In this document: positions 10,621 through 19,411 of the stretch, piece after piece
Layout of the letters: every line of letters starts with the position of its first letter
Position numbering within the stretch: position 1 is the stretch's first letter
Assembly (NCBI GenBank): GCA_965228855.1
Contig: CBDDIJ010000003.1
Coordinates: 3,008,001-3,072,000, forward strand
Source: Candidatus Obscuribacterales bacterium
Lineage (GTDB): Bacteria > Cyanobacteriota > Vampirovibrionia > Obscuribacterales > Obscuribacteraceae
Reading direction: 5' to 3'
Length of the DNA: 64,000 nt
Made by a program: the position numbers and the translations under genes
The notes under the pieces: generated by a model
What the model was told of the DNA's origin: nothing
The model's input: only the letters and a program-made list of their open reading frames with translations
Databases searched by the model: none

Positions 10621-11454
10621 TCAGTAAGGCAGAAGATTGGTTAGTCCTTTGGCAATGAGAAACTCACGAAAGCGCTCGCGCATATCCTGTCCATGATACG
10701 TCCGCACCTCAGAGAATGGCTTCAGCTGTTTGATTCGAGCGACGTTATCGGTTTGCTTCAAAGCGTTGCCGGAAGCGTCAAAAGATCTTGTGGAGCCGAA
10801 TAGCTTCACGTAACCAGGCTCACCATCAGGTGAATACGATGTTATGCTTTCCGATTGAAACGACTCTTTTATTTGATGTCCATATTCGGTTCGCACCACA
10901 GTCATCAGGGTCGTGAACGTGACCGCTTGCTCGTCTGAGCGATTAAACACTTTAGACCTCACCAGATGATACTCATCGAACTCTGTCATAGAAGTCTTGG
11001 AGTGATAAGGTGTGCCTATGAAGTGCCAGATGTCGCCCGCGCGGTCTTGCTGCATGCCGTACTGAAAATCATGGCGCGCGTTGTAGCTATACGGTTTTGT
11101 ATCGGTGACGTTCTTTTTAAAATCTTTGCGCAGTACTGCCGTCTCCCGATTCAGACGCCAGGTGCCGGACATCCATAAAGGAATACGGATCCATTCGTTG
11201 GCCGGCTGCTCGCCATCTTCGGCAGAAAGTGAAAAACGACGCCCAGGACGCAGATCCTGTGAGACCTCAGGTAGAACCTCCGTATGCTCGACGCCGATTT
11301 CCAGCGTCGTCGCGTCTGCCGCGGAAGGAGAGAACAAAAATGACGCGCCGGCACAGAGTGCACTTATTAGCGTGCAAAATCGCCCATCTCTGCCTCTAAC
11401 TCGTCTGAAGCCTGTCAAAACGCACATTTCCTGGGGGAAGAGTACGTAGGGCAT
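10621..11454 (-). CDS. Secreted hypothetical protein
   Basis: Long ORF with a signal-like segment (ADA|T) and WIRIPLWMSGTW; family not recognised; start uncertain. Confidence 0.65.
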   Translation of the reverse strand: MPYVLFPQEMCVLTGFRRVRGRDGRFCTLISALCAGASFLFSPSAADATTLEIGVEHTEVLPEVSQDLRPGRRFSLSAEDGEQPANEWIRIPLWMSGTWRLNRETAVLRKDFKKNVTDTKPYSYNARHDFQYGMQQDRAGDIWHFIGTPYHSKTSMTEFDEYHLVRSKVFNRSDEQAVTFTTLMTVVRTEYGHQIKESFQSESITSYSPDGEPGYVKLFGSTRSFDASGNALKQTDNVARIKQLKPFSEVRTYHGQDMRERFREFLIAKGLTNLLPY

Positions 11455-11539
11455 CGTAGTTCCCCCAATCGGCAAGACAGAGTTAATTGTCTATCATTTT
11501 GACATTGAGGTTGCGCAAGCAAGTTTTTTTGAGGAAGCC

Positions 11540-11674
11540 ATGATGAACACAAACGAAAAAGAAGTTGACCTTCAAGACGATGTGAAGTCTGAGGAAACCG
11601 AAGAATCGAAACCGGTTTGCAAAAACGGTGTGTGTGAACTCAACTGGCAACCGAAAAGACCTCAAGCAGCATAA
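11540..11674 (+). CDS. 44-aa acidic small protein with CxxGxC motif
   Basis: GAGGA SD at 11531, then MMNTNEKEVDLQDDVKSEETEESKPVCKNGVCELNWQPKRPQAA*; below the ORF-track cut-off. Confidence 0.6.
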   Translation: MMNTNEKEVDLQDDVKSEETEESKPVCKNGVCELNWQPKRPQAA

Positions 11675-11826
11675 GGCTGGCAAAATGGCAGGATAACTGA
11701 GCGGCCGGGACTGCGATTGCAGTCGCCGGCTTTTGCTTTGTCTGGCTGGAAACTTGCAGTCGCAGGCGACAATTCCTGGACTTTGCGGTATTTTTATCAC
11801 TGCAATTGTCGGCAAAAGAGCTTCTG

Positions 11827-12147
11827 ATGAAACTGATTTCAGCGGTCGTGCGACCAAAATATCTGCCTCGCCTGACTACAGCGCTCAGGCGCGCAAACGT
11901 TCCGGGTGTCACAGTCGTTAAGGCTCAAGGTTTCGGTCGTGAACAACTGGACTCAGACGTGGAATTGGTCGGTTTTCTGACAGAGCGTTTGAAGATCGAA
12001 GTCGCAGTCGAAGATGACCAGGCAGAGCGCATCGTCAAAATAATCAACGACAACGCCGGCACCGGCCGTGATGGCGACGGAATTATTTTCGTCTGGGACC
12101 TGGCTTATATGAAGAGAATCGAGCGCGGCACAGATCCTGGAGTTTAA
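11827..12147 (+). CDS. P-II-like signal transduction protein (non-canonical T-loop)
   Basis: MKLISAVVRP, GVTVVKAQGFGR, KIEVAV, TGRDGDGIIFV. Confidence 0.88.
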   Translation: MKLISAVVRPKYLPRLTTALRRANVPGVTVVKAQGFGREQLDSDVELVGFLTERLKIEVAVEDDQAERIVKIINDNAGTGRDGDGIIFVWDLAYMKRIERGTDPGV

Positions 12148-12149
12148 AC

Positions 12150-13367
12150 TTACTTGGCGCTGCGAAGCGCGCGTGCCCGCTCCTTGAGCTCCTGATACTT
12201 GTCTTGATCACCGCCGGTGCGCTTTATGGCATCTGCGTAGTCTTCGATGTAAACGACCAGTTCAGGGCTCTCTTTTCCGAGATTACGCTCTTCAAGGTTT
12301 AAAATCTGCTCGCGTACCGGAATAGCGAGATCGAAACGATTTTGCTGTCCAAATATTTCCGCAACTTCCATTAAACTCTCGATCATGCCAGGATGATCGG
12401 GGTCTTCGGATTTCGAAGCTATGTCCAGGGCGCGCTCCACCAGCGGTGCTGCATCGTCAAACTTGCCTTCGTCGATATATAACGCGGCAAGATTGCTCAA
12501 AGTTTTTGCAACCGTTGGATGCGACTTGCCATAAGCTTTCTCGTCAATCTCAAGCGCTCTCTTCATCAACGGCTCGGCTTTGTCGAACGCCCCCTTTGAG
12601 TTATACAACTCCGCCATGTTATTCAAAATTGCGGATAAACCAGTATCTGTATCCTTATTGGTAGACAGTTTTTCTTGCATAGCCAGAGCCCGCTCCAGCA
12701 GTGGCTCCGCTTTGAAAAACTGCTCGCGGTCCATGTATAAACCAGCTAGATTGTTTAAACTGTTCGCGACATCTTGATGCTCGCCGCCGAAAACTTTTTC
12801 GCGAATAGCAAGCGACTTTTTAAACATCGACTCTGCCTTCTTAAAATCACCAAGCATGTCGTAAATTTCAGCGATGTTATTCAAAGCATTCGCTACATCC
12901 TTGTTTTCAGAGCCTTGAACGCGCTCGCGAATCGAAAGCAGGCGTTCAAAAACTTGCTTCGATTCAATAATCTTGTCCTCAGCCATATACAGCAAGGCAA
13001 TGTTTTGCAACGCATCGGCAATTTCGATAGCGTCGTTACCGTACTTGGCCTCCTTCAATGAAAGTGCACGCAACAAAAGCGGTTCAGCCTTCTCGTAGTC
13101 TGCACGTTTAAAATAAATCAGCGCCAGGTTCTCAACACTTTTATAAAGGCGATCGTCCTGCTCACCAAGTTTTTCCGCATCCTTGAGAGCATTTTGCAAC
13201 AGCTTCTCGGCACTAGAGAAATCGCCTGCCGAATACGCGGAAAGCGCTTCATCAGTTGATTCTTGCCAATCTTCGGCGTCATCACAAAATGCCGGTGCCG
13301 CACCCAGAACCATAAGTGATACCACTAAAGGAAAAGCGCGACAAAGATGAGAAATTCTCGTAATCAT
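12150..13367 (-). CDS. Secreted TPR protein (kinesin-light-chain-like 42-aa repeats)
   Basis: Repeated HxDVANSLNNLAxLY...AEPLLERAL units; signal peptide. Confidence 0.9.
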   Translation of the reverse strand: MITRISHLCRAFPLVVSLMVLGAAPAFCDDAEDWQESTDEALSAYSAGDFSSAEKLLQNALKDAEKLGEQDDRLYKSVENLALIYFKRADYEKAEPLLLRALSLKEAKYGNDAIEIADALQNIALLYMAEDKIIESKQVFERLLSIRERVQGSENKDVANALNNIAEIYDMLGDFKKAESMFKKSLAIREKVFGGEHQDVANSLNNLAGLYMDREQFFKAEPLLERALAMQEKLSTNKDTDTGLSAILNNMAELYNSKGAFDKAEPLMKRALEIDEKAYGKSHPTVAKTLSNLAALYIDEGKFDDAAPLVERALDIASKSEDPDHPGMIESLMEVAEIFGQQNRFDLAIPVREQILNLEERNLGKESPELVVYIEDYADAIKRTGGDQDKYQELKERARALRSAK

Positions 13368-13375
13368 TTTCAAAA

Positions 13376-13756
13376 CTACTTTTTAGCTGGGCGGAATGGT
13401 TGGAATGACAGAAACGGTTTCCCTTCCCAGAGAGCAGACCCGATTGAAAGGGGTCCGGCGTTACTCAAAATCAATCGAACGGCTGGACCCAGCCCCTGAG
13501 CGTCCTGGACAGTAGAACCGCAAATCCAGCCCCAATCAACGGAACAAACGGCTTCTTCGAGATTGGGTAATTCGCTGGCGCCCACAGTTTTCGCGGCGAC
13601 TGTCGGGCTTGTCGGCTCGACGGCGTCAAAAATCACACCGGTGCCATCATCGAATTTGACGGCGAAACTTGTCAGGGCGCTGGATGCGTTTTCGACCTTC
13701 TTGCCAATAATTGCCTTGAGCGCCTCGCTGCGCTGCGCCTGAACTCCCTGAGTCAT
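13376..13756 (-). CDS. Hypothetical protein
   Basis: Start moved to MTQGVQ (GAGG SD) to avoid overlap with the divergent gene; stop is 8 bp before the TPR gene start. Confidence 0.65.
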   Translation of the reverse strand: MTQGVQAQRSEALKAIIGKKVENASSALTSFAVKFDDGTGVIFDAVEPTSPTVAAKTVGASELPNLEEAVCSVDWGWICGSTVQDAQGLGPAVRLILSNAGPLSIGSALWEGKPFLSFQPFRPAKK

Positions 13757-13832
13757 TTCGGTTAACCTCAATTCGTACACAAAACGAACATTATAGCCAA
13801 CTATCGACGTCGGGTCTTTATAATCTAGCGAG

Positions 13833-15089
13833 ATGAAAACGAGTTTTGACGCAGTTGTAATAGGGGCGGGCGGCGCAGGCATGATGTGCGCGGCGACCGC
13901 AGGCAAATTAGGCAAAAAAGTATTGCTCGTCGATCATGCGACAGTCGTCGGTCGCAAGATTCTCATTTCCGGCGGCGGGCGGTGTAACTTTACCAATTTG
14001 TATGCGACAGCGGAAAACTACGTTTCTCAAAATCCGCATTTTATAAAATCAGCACTCGCTCGATATACGCCTGGCGATTTTATTGACTTGGTCGAGCGCC
14101 ACGGGATTCCATATCACGAAAAGAAGTTGGGGCAGCAGTTTTGCGACAACTCCGCCCAGGATATCGTCGATTTGTTAATTGCAGAATGCGACGACGCAGG
14201 CGTTGAGTTTAAGTTAGGCTGCGACGTGAAAGCGATTGTCGCGCCGCCGGAATTGGGCTTGGATGTTTTCGATAATCGGCTGCTGAACGGCGTCAAGCTA
14301 TCCTCTAATAATGTTGCGGAACCTGGTCGTTATCAAATCCACACGTCGAAAGGAACATTTGATTGCGCCTCGCTTGTAATTGCAACAGGCGGTCTGTCCG
14401 TGCCTAAAGTCGGTGCCACCGCATTTGGTTACAATGTGGCGAAACAGTTCGGACTGAAGGTTATTGAAACCGCTCCGGCTCTCGACGGTTTTGTTTTCAC
14501 TGAAAACGACTCCAGGCGCTTTTACGATCTGTCAGGGATTTCGCAAGATTCGATTGTTACTTGCGGAGAGGGCTCCTTCCGCGAAAACATCTTGTTCACT
14601 CATCGCGGTCTGAGCGGACCCGCTAGCTTACAAGCGTCTCTCTACTGGCGGCAAGGCGCATCTGTTCAAATTGATCTTTGCCCTGATACCGATATTGGTG
14701 CCAAACTAATTGAGGAGCGCGCAACCCGGTCGAAGAAGAACGTGCGGAACCTGCTGACTGAGTATCTGCCAATCCGGCTTGCGCACCGCATCTGCGAAGA
14801 TCAGGGGGTTGATGATTCTATTCAGCACATCTCCGACAAGACTATTCAACAACTCTCGGAAGCCGTAAAAGAATTTGTTTTCAAACCCTCCAGCACTGTC
14901 GGTTACATCAAAGCGGAGGTAACGCGCGGTGGTGTCGACACAAACGCGCTCTCTTCAACCACCATGGGTTGTAAGAAAATTCCGGGACTGTTTTTCATCG
15001 GAGAAATTGTCGATGTAACCGGACAGCTGGGCGGTTTTAACTTTCAATGGGCATGGGCGTCCGGCTATGCCGCGGGAAACAATGTTTGA
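13833..15089 (+). CDS. HI0933/YhiN/BaiN-family NAD(P)/FAD-dependent oxidoreductase
   Basis: GAGGAG, GRKILISGGGRCNFTN, ATGGLSVP, LFTHRGLSGP, GGFNFQWAWASG. Confidence 0.95.
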   Translation: MKTSFDAVVIGAGGAGMMCAATAGKLGKKVLLVDHATVVGRKILISGGGRCNFTNLYATAENYVSQNPHFIKSALARYTPGDFIDLVERHGIPYHEKKLGQQFCDNSAQDIVDLLIAECDDAGVEFKLGCDVKAIVAPPELGLDVFDNRLLNGVKLSSNNVAEPGRYQIHTSKGTFDCASLVIATGGLSVPKVGATAFGYNVAKQFGLKVIETAPALDGFVFTENDSRRFYDLSGISQDSIVTCGEGSFRENILFTHRGLSGPASLQASLYWRQGASVQIDLCPDTDIGAKLIEERATRSKKNVRNLLTEYLPIRLAHRICEDQGVDDSIQHISDKTIQQLSEAVKEFVFKPSSTVGYIKAEVTRGGVDTNALSSTTMGCKKIPGLFFIGEIVDVTGQLGGFNFQWAWASGYAAGNNV

Positions 15090-15109
15090 GGAATGAAAAG
15101 GAGAAACTG

Positions 15110-16096
15110 ATGCGCGCAGTGATGACGACAGAGAAAAATAAGCCGTGGGAACTCAAAGAGGTAGATAAGCCCAAACCCGCTGAGAATCAAGTTCTTCTCA
15201 AAGTTCACGCGAGCGGCATTTGCTATACCGATGTTCATCAAACTAAAGGTGAATTGCCGGTGAATTACCCTTGCATACTCGGACACGAACCGGTTGGTGA
15301 AATTGTCGAACTGGGACCCGGCGTGCGTTCGAGAAAACTCGGAGACCGGGTCGGAGTGCCATGGGTTCAGGCCGGTTGCGGAAGTTGCGAGTGGTGCCTG
15401 CGCGGCAAAAACGCATTTTGCCGCAAATCGTTCGGCACCAGCGCCTCAATGCAAGGCGGTCATGCTGAGTATATGGTTGTCTGGGCGGAAGGCACAATGC
15501 CAATTCCAAAGGAACTAACATATGCGGAAGCCGCGCCAATTTTCTGCGCCGGCTATACAGTCTGGAGCGGACTTAGAATTGCAGAACCGCAGCCGGGCGA
15601 ACGAGTAGCAGTTATCGGAATCGGCGGACTCGGACATCTGGCAGTGCAATACGCTGCAGCGTCAGGCTTTCACACTGTCGCCGTCACCCACTCCGAAGAC
15701 AAAAAGAAGCTGGCGCTGGAGTTGGGAGCGAGCGAAGTTGTTTCAAACGGAAAAGAGCTCCAGGAATGCGGTGGCGCCGACGTGATTCTTGCGACCAGCA
15801 ATTCGGCAGAGCAGACGTTTGACTGCATCAAAGGTTTGAGACCTGATGGGCGGTTTATCGTCATGGGCGTCTACGGCGAGCCGTTTCAAATAAATCTGAT
15901 GGACCTTCTCTTCAAAAGGGCGCGAATAATCGGGTCGATTCAGAATGGTCCCGAGCACCTCTATGAAGCACTCGACATTGCGGCTAAAGGCAAAATCAAA
16001 GTGATGACGGAGACTTTTAAATTCGACGACGTCACCGCCGCGTACGATAAGGTTGCGAAGGGCGATGTGCGATTCCGAGCAGTTCTGACTCCCTGA
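15110..16096 (+). CDS. Zn-dependent alcohol dehydrogenase (AdhP-like)
   Basis: CYTD, GHE, CGSCEWC...C structural Zn, GIGGLG; AGGAG SD before 15110. Confidence 0.93.
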   Translation: MRAVMTTEKNKPWELKEVDKPKPAENQVLLKVHASGICYTDVHQTKGELPVNYPCILGHEPVGEIVELGPGVRSRKLGDRVGVPWVQAGCGSCEWCLRGKNAFCRKSFGTSASMQGGHAEYMVVWAEGTMPIPKELTYAEAAPIFCAGYTVWSGLRIAEPQPGERVAVIGIGGLGHLAVQYAAASGFHTVAVTHSEDKKKLALELGASEVVSNGKELQECGGADVILATSNSAEQTFDCIKGLRPDGRFIVMGVYGEPFQINLMDLLFKRARIIGSIQNGPEHLYEALDIAAKGKIKVMTETFKFDDVTAAYDKVAKGDVRFRAVLTP

Positions 16097-16228
16097 CAAT
16101 TGGGTTTCAGCCCACTGAAAGCGTTAAGTAAATGAACGACTTACTTTAGATCAGAGCTCTAATTGGCTCTGGTTGTGTTAACCTTGCTTTCTGACCGTTG
16201 CAAACATATTAATTGGGAGTTGTGCATC

Positions 16229-17416
16229 ATGGAAGTAGCCGACCGCCTTAAGTCGATTCCGCCTTACGTTTTTGCTGAGATTGGCAAAAAAGCCCGCGCA
16301 ATAGCGCAAACGGGCGTTGATGTCATCAATCTGGGCATCGGTGCTCCGGACCAGCCGACACCGCGACACATCGTGGATGCGATGCACGAAGCAATTGAAA
16401 AACCGGCTAACCATCAGTATCCTCCCTTCGGCGGTACGCCGCAGTACAAAGAAGCTTGCGCAAATTGGGCAAACAAGCGCTTCGGCATTCAGATCGATCC
16501 GGAGACCGAGGTCACCTCGCTGATCGGAGCCAAAGAAGGGCTTCACAACTTGCTTTTCGCATATGTTGGACCCGGTGACATCGCCTTGATTCCTGACCCG
16601 GCATATCCGGTGTACAAAACATCGACAGAACTGGCCGGCGGAACACCGCACTACATGCCGCTTCTTCCGGAAAACAATTTCCTTCCGGATCTTGATGCGA
16701 TACCGGATTCGGTAGCACAAAAAGCGAAGATCATGCTGATCAACTACCCGAACAATCCGACCGCGGGCATCGCAGACCTGGCGTTCTTCGAGAAGGTCGT
16801 CGCTTTCTGCAAGAAACACGACATCCTGTTGTGCCACGATAATGCCTACTCCGAGATGACTTACGACGATTACAAAGCACCGTCGATTTTCGAAGTCAAA
16901 GGCGCCAAAGACATCGCGATTGAATTGCACACGATGTCAAAAACTTACAACATGGCAGGATGGAGACTTGGTTTTGCGATCGGCAATAAAACCGCAATCG
17001 CCAACCTTGCTAAAATCAAATCCAACATCGACACCGACGCGTTCGCAGCTATCCAGGTTGCCGGTATCGCCGGTCTGACCGGACCTCGCGACCACATCGA
17101 TTTCTGCAACAAGCTGTACGAAGAGCGCCGCGATATCGCCGTAAAGCGCTTCGCAGAGCTTGGATGGACTGTAGAGCCGGTCAAAGCGACATTCTACATG
17201 TGGGTGCCCACACCGAAAGGAATGAGCTCGGTCGACTTCAGCAACCACATGCTCAACACTGCCGGCATCGTCGTGCCGCCAGGTGACGCTTATGGTCCAG
17301 GCGGCGAAGGCTACTTCAGAATCTCGTTGTGCGTCGATAAAGACCGTCTGGCGGAAGCATTCGACCGTATGGCGAAGCACTCGATCACTTACGATATGCA
17401 GACGGCGAAAGTTTAG
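16229..17416 (+). CDS. dapL: LL-diaminopimelate aminotransferase (class I PLP)
   Basis: PPYVFAEI, NYPNNPT, HDNAYSE, SKTYNMAGWRLG, GEGYFRISL. Confidence 0.85.
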   Translation: MEVADRLKSIPPYVFAEIGKKARAIAQTGVDVINLGIGAPDQPTPRHIVDAMHEAIEKPANHQYPPFGGTPQYKEACANWANKRFGIQIDPETEVTSLIGAKEGLHNLLFAYVGPGDIALIPDPAYPVYKTSTELAGGTPHYMPLLPENNFLPDLDAIPDSVAQKAKIMLINYPNNPTAGIADLAFFEKVVAFCKKHDILLCHDNAYSEMTYDDYKAPSIFEVKGAKDIAIELHTMSKTYNMAGWRLGFAIGNKTAIANLAKIKSNIDTDAFAAIQVAGIAGLTGPRDHIDFCNKLYEERRDIAVKRFAELGWTVEPVKATFYMWVPTPKGMSSVDFSNHMLNTAGIVVPPGDAYGPGGEGYFRISLCVDKDRLAEAFDRMAKHSITYDMQTAKV

Positions 17417-17514
17417 TTTTTAACCGAAAAACTAAGCCCCACTGTCCGTATAAAATATTGAACTGAGCGATTTCTGGGAATAAGTTGCCTAGGCGTGGGG
17501 AAAGCCTTTAAGCA

Positions 17515-19137
17515 ATGCTTCAAAACCAGCAAGGTCAAGGACAATCGACAGCCGTTTTGCCTGGATGTCCATCCATTCAAGTCGTGCACCATATGCTAGC
17601 GGAAGCTCTGGATAACCAGACTCGCAGCGTGGAGGTGGCTTGGAAATCCGACGACCAGACCAAGCTCTTCACGCTCAGCGTGAAGTCGGATCCGATTGGA
17701 CGCGATCCCACCTGGCAGCTTTATCAGTCGACTGGCGGCTCTCCGCAATGCCTGTGGCAATACCCGAGCTGCGACACGCTCATCGTTTTGAACCGAGTCA
17801 TGTCGTCCTGTGGGCAAGCGATGTCTCCGGTTCAACTTACAGCAGTCGGTGCCGCAGCTGTTCAAGCCTCGAACGCTGCCTCTCAAGCTGCTGACCCGAA
17901 GCGTCAGGATGACTTCTACTACGAGCCGTCCAGCACTCAAGCACAACGCAAAACCATACCGTTGCCGGCTATGAGCCCTGCTCAAACGGCAATGTCCAAG
18001 CGCAACACCGTGCTAAATGGAGAACTGTCGTTCATCCAGATCTCGGCGCTTTTGCAATCGATCTTCCTTGCAAAAATGACAGGCAGACTGCAACTAGACA
18101 GTGGAGAAGGTGCCGCGGAAATCTTCTTCGAAGACGGCCGACCGACCCACGCCACGACGCCGACAAGCCAGGGCGACGAAAGTATCTTTGAACTGATCGC
18201 CTGGGGCGATGGGAAGTTCTTTTTCCAACCGCAGGTATTAACAAAGAAACGCACTGTTTCAGACGGTCTCGACAGTTTGATCATTCACGGCGTTCAGTTG
18301 CTGGATAAACTCACATTACTCAAAAACTCCGGTTTCAAATCCGACAGCGTGCTCAAAAAGGCGAACGAGACACTCTCGGAAATCGACCTGAACACAATGC
18401 TTTCTCTGGGAGAAACCGATTTTATAAACGAACAGCGACAGCTCTATCACGCCATCGATAACACCACGCCGTTCAATCAGATACTTGCAAGATTGCGGAT
18501 AGAGCGTAGTAAGTGGATTCCGGCGCTCAGCCATTTGTTTAGATGCAAGCTTGTCACCGTCGGTGGTGACACTGGATCACGCAAACGAATTCTCGAACCG
18601 AAGTCGATCGACAGTGCCGCCGTTCAAGCCGTCATGATGACGCTTAGACGAGCCGATACCGGCATGTTTAACTATCCGGCCTTCCTCTATTTCCTGGAAC
18701 AGGAGTACTTCAGAGGACACCGAGCCGGCACGCCGTTGTCGGTAATTATCTTTGAATTGCGCGTAAAAACAGGCATCAAGGAAGTTATTAGAGAACCGCT
18801 TCCAGCTGCGGCTTTGAACGAAGCAGTTTTGCGCATAATGCACGAGAAGCGCCACAACGACATGCTCGCTCACTATGAATCGTTTGACTACGCATTGCTT
18901 TGCCCTGACACCAAAGGTGAAGGCGCGGTAGTTTTCGCCAAACGTCTAGTGAAGGCGCTAACGAAGGAGCCGCTTAGCGTTTCGGTAAACGAAAAAAATC
19001 TGTCCCTATCTTTCGGTATCGCATGCGTGCCCGAAGACTTCCTGGAACTTGGTTTGATCCTTTCGGCGGCCGAAACCGCTCGCAGTCACTCAGTCGAAAC
19101 AGAACAGCCGGTCGTCATTTACCGCCAGCTGGAATAA
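17515..19137 (+). CDS. DUF4388/PATAN-domain protein with degenerate GGDEF-like C-terminal domain
   Basis: LNGELSFIQISALLQ...TGRL...EIFFEDG..HA...W.DG.F.F (DUF4388); DTGMFNY...LAHYESFDYALL...LSFGIA (GGDEF fold without the GGDEF signature). Confidence 0.8.
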   Translation: MLQNQQGQGQSTAVLPGCPSIQVVHHMLAEALDNQTRSVEVAWKSDDQTKLFTLSVKSDPIGRDPTWQLYQSTGGSPQCLWQYPSCDTLIVLNRVMSSCGQAMSPVQLTAVGAAAVQASNAASQAADPKRQDDFYYEPSSTQAQRKTIPLPAMSPAQTAMSKRNTVLNGELSFIQISALLQSIFLAKMTGRLQLDSGEGAAEIFFEDGRPTHATTPTSQGDESIFELIAWGDGKFFFQPQVLTKKRTVSDGLDSLIIHGVQLLDKLTLLKNSGFKSDSVLKKANETLSEIDLNTMLSLGETDFINEQRQLYHAIDNTTPFNQILARLRIERSKWIPALSHLFRCKLVTVGGDTGSRKRILEPKSIDSAAVQAVMMTLRRADTGMFNYPAFLYFLEQEYFRGHRAGTPLSVIIFELRVKTGIKEVIREPLPAAALNEAVLRIMHEKRHNDMLAHYESFDYALLCPDTKGEGAVVFAKRLVKALTKEPLSVSVNEKNLSLSFGIACVPEDFLELGLILSAAETARSHSVETEQPVVIYRQLE

Positions 19138-19149
19138 TATTCGAATAAA

Positions 19150-19179
19150 GAAGAGAGAACGCGGTAACGCTCTCTCTTC
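19150..19179 (+). terminator. Stem-loop after the DUF4388 gene
   Basis: GAAGAGAG-aacgcggtaacgct-CTCTCTTC inverted repeat 12 bp after the stop. Confidence 0.5.
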
Positions 19180-19411
19180 CTCTAGTAACAGGAACGGCTC
19201 GGCCCACGAAACCGCCCCCACTCAACCGATCGCGGGATTGTATCGGTTAAATTTTCACGTCCCTTGTCTTAATAGTATCATTGGCTCAACACCGAAGACG
19301 CTTTGCGCCTTTCTTATAGCCAATCTCGCTTCCTTGTGCATATATACCGGAGCGATTGTTTTTGGACAAAGAAATTTGCTATTTTTGTGATGACCCATCA
19401 GCCGGAGTTCC

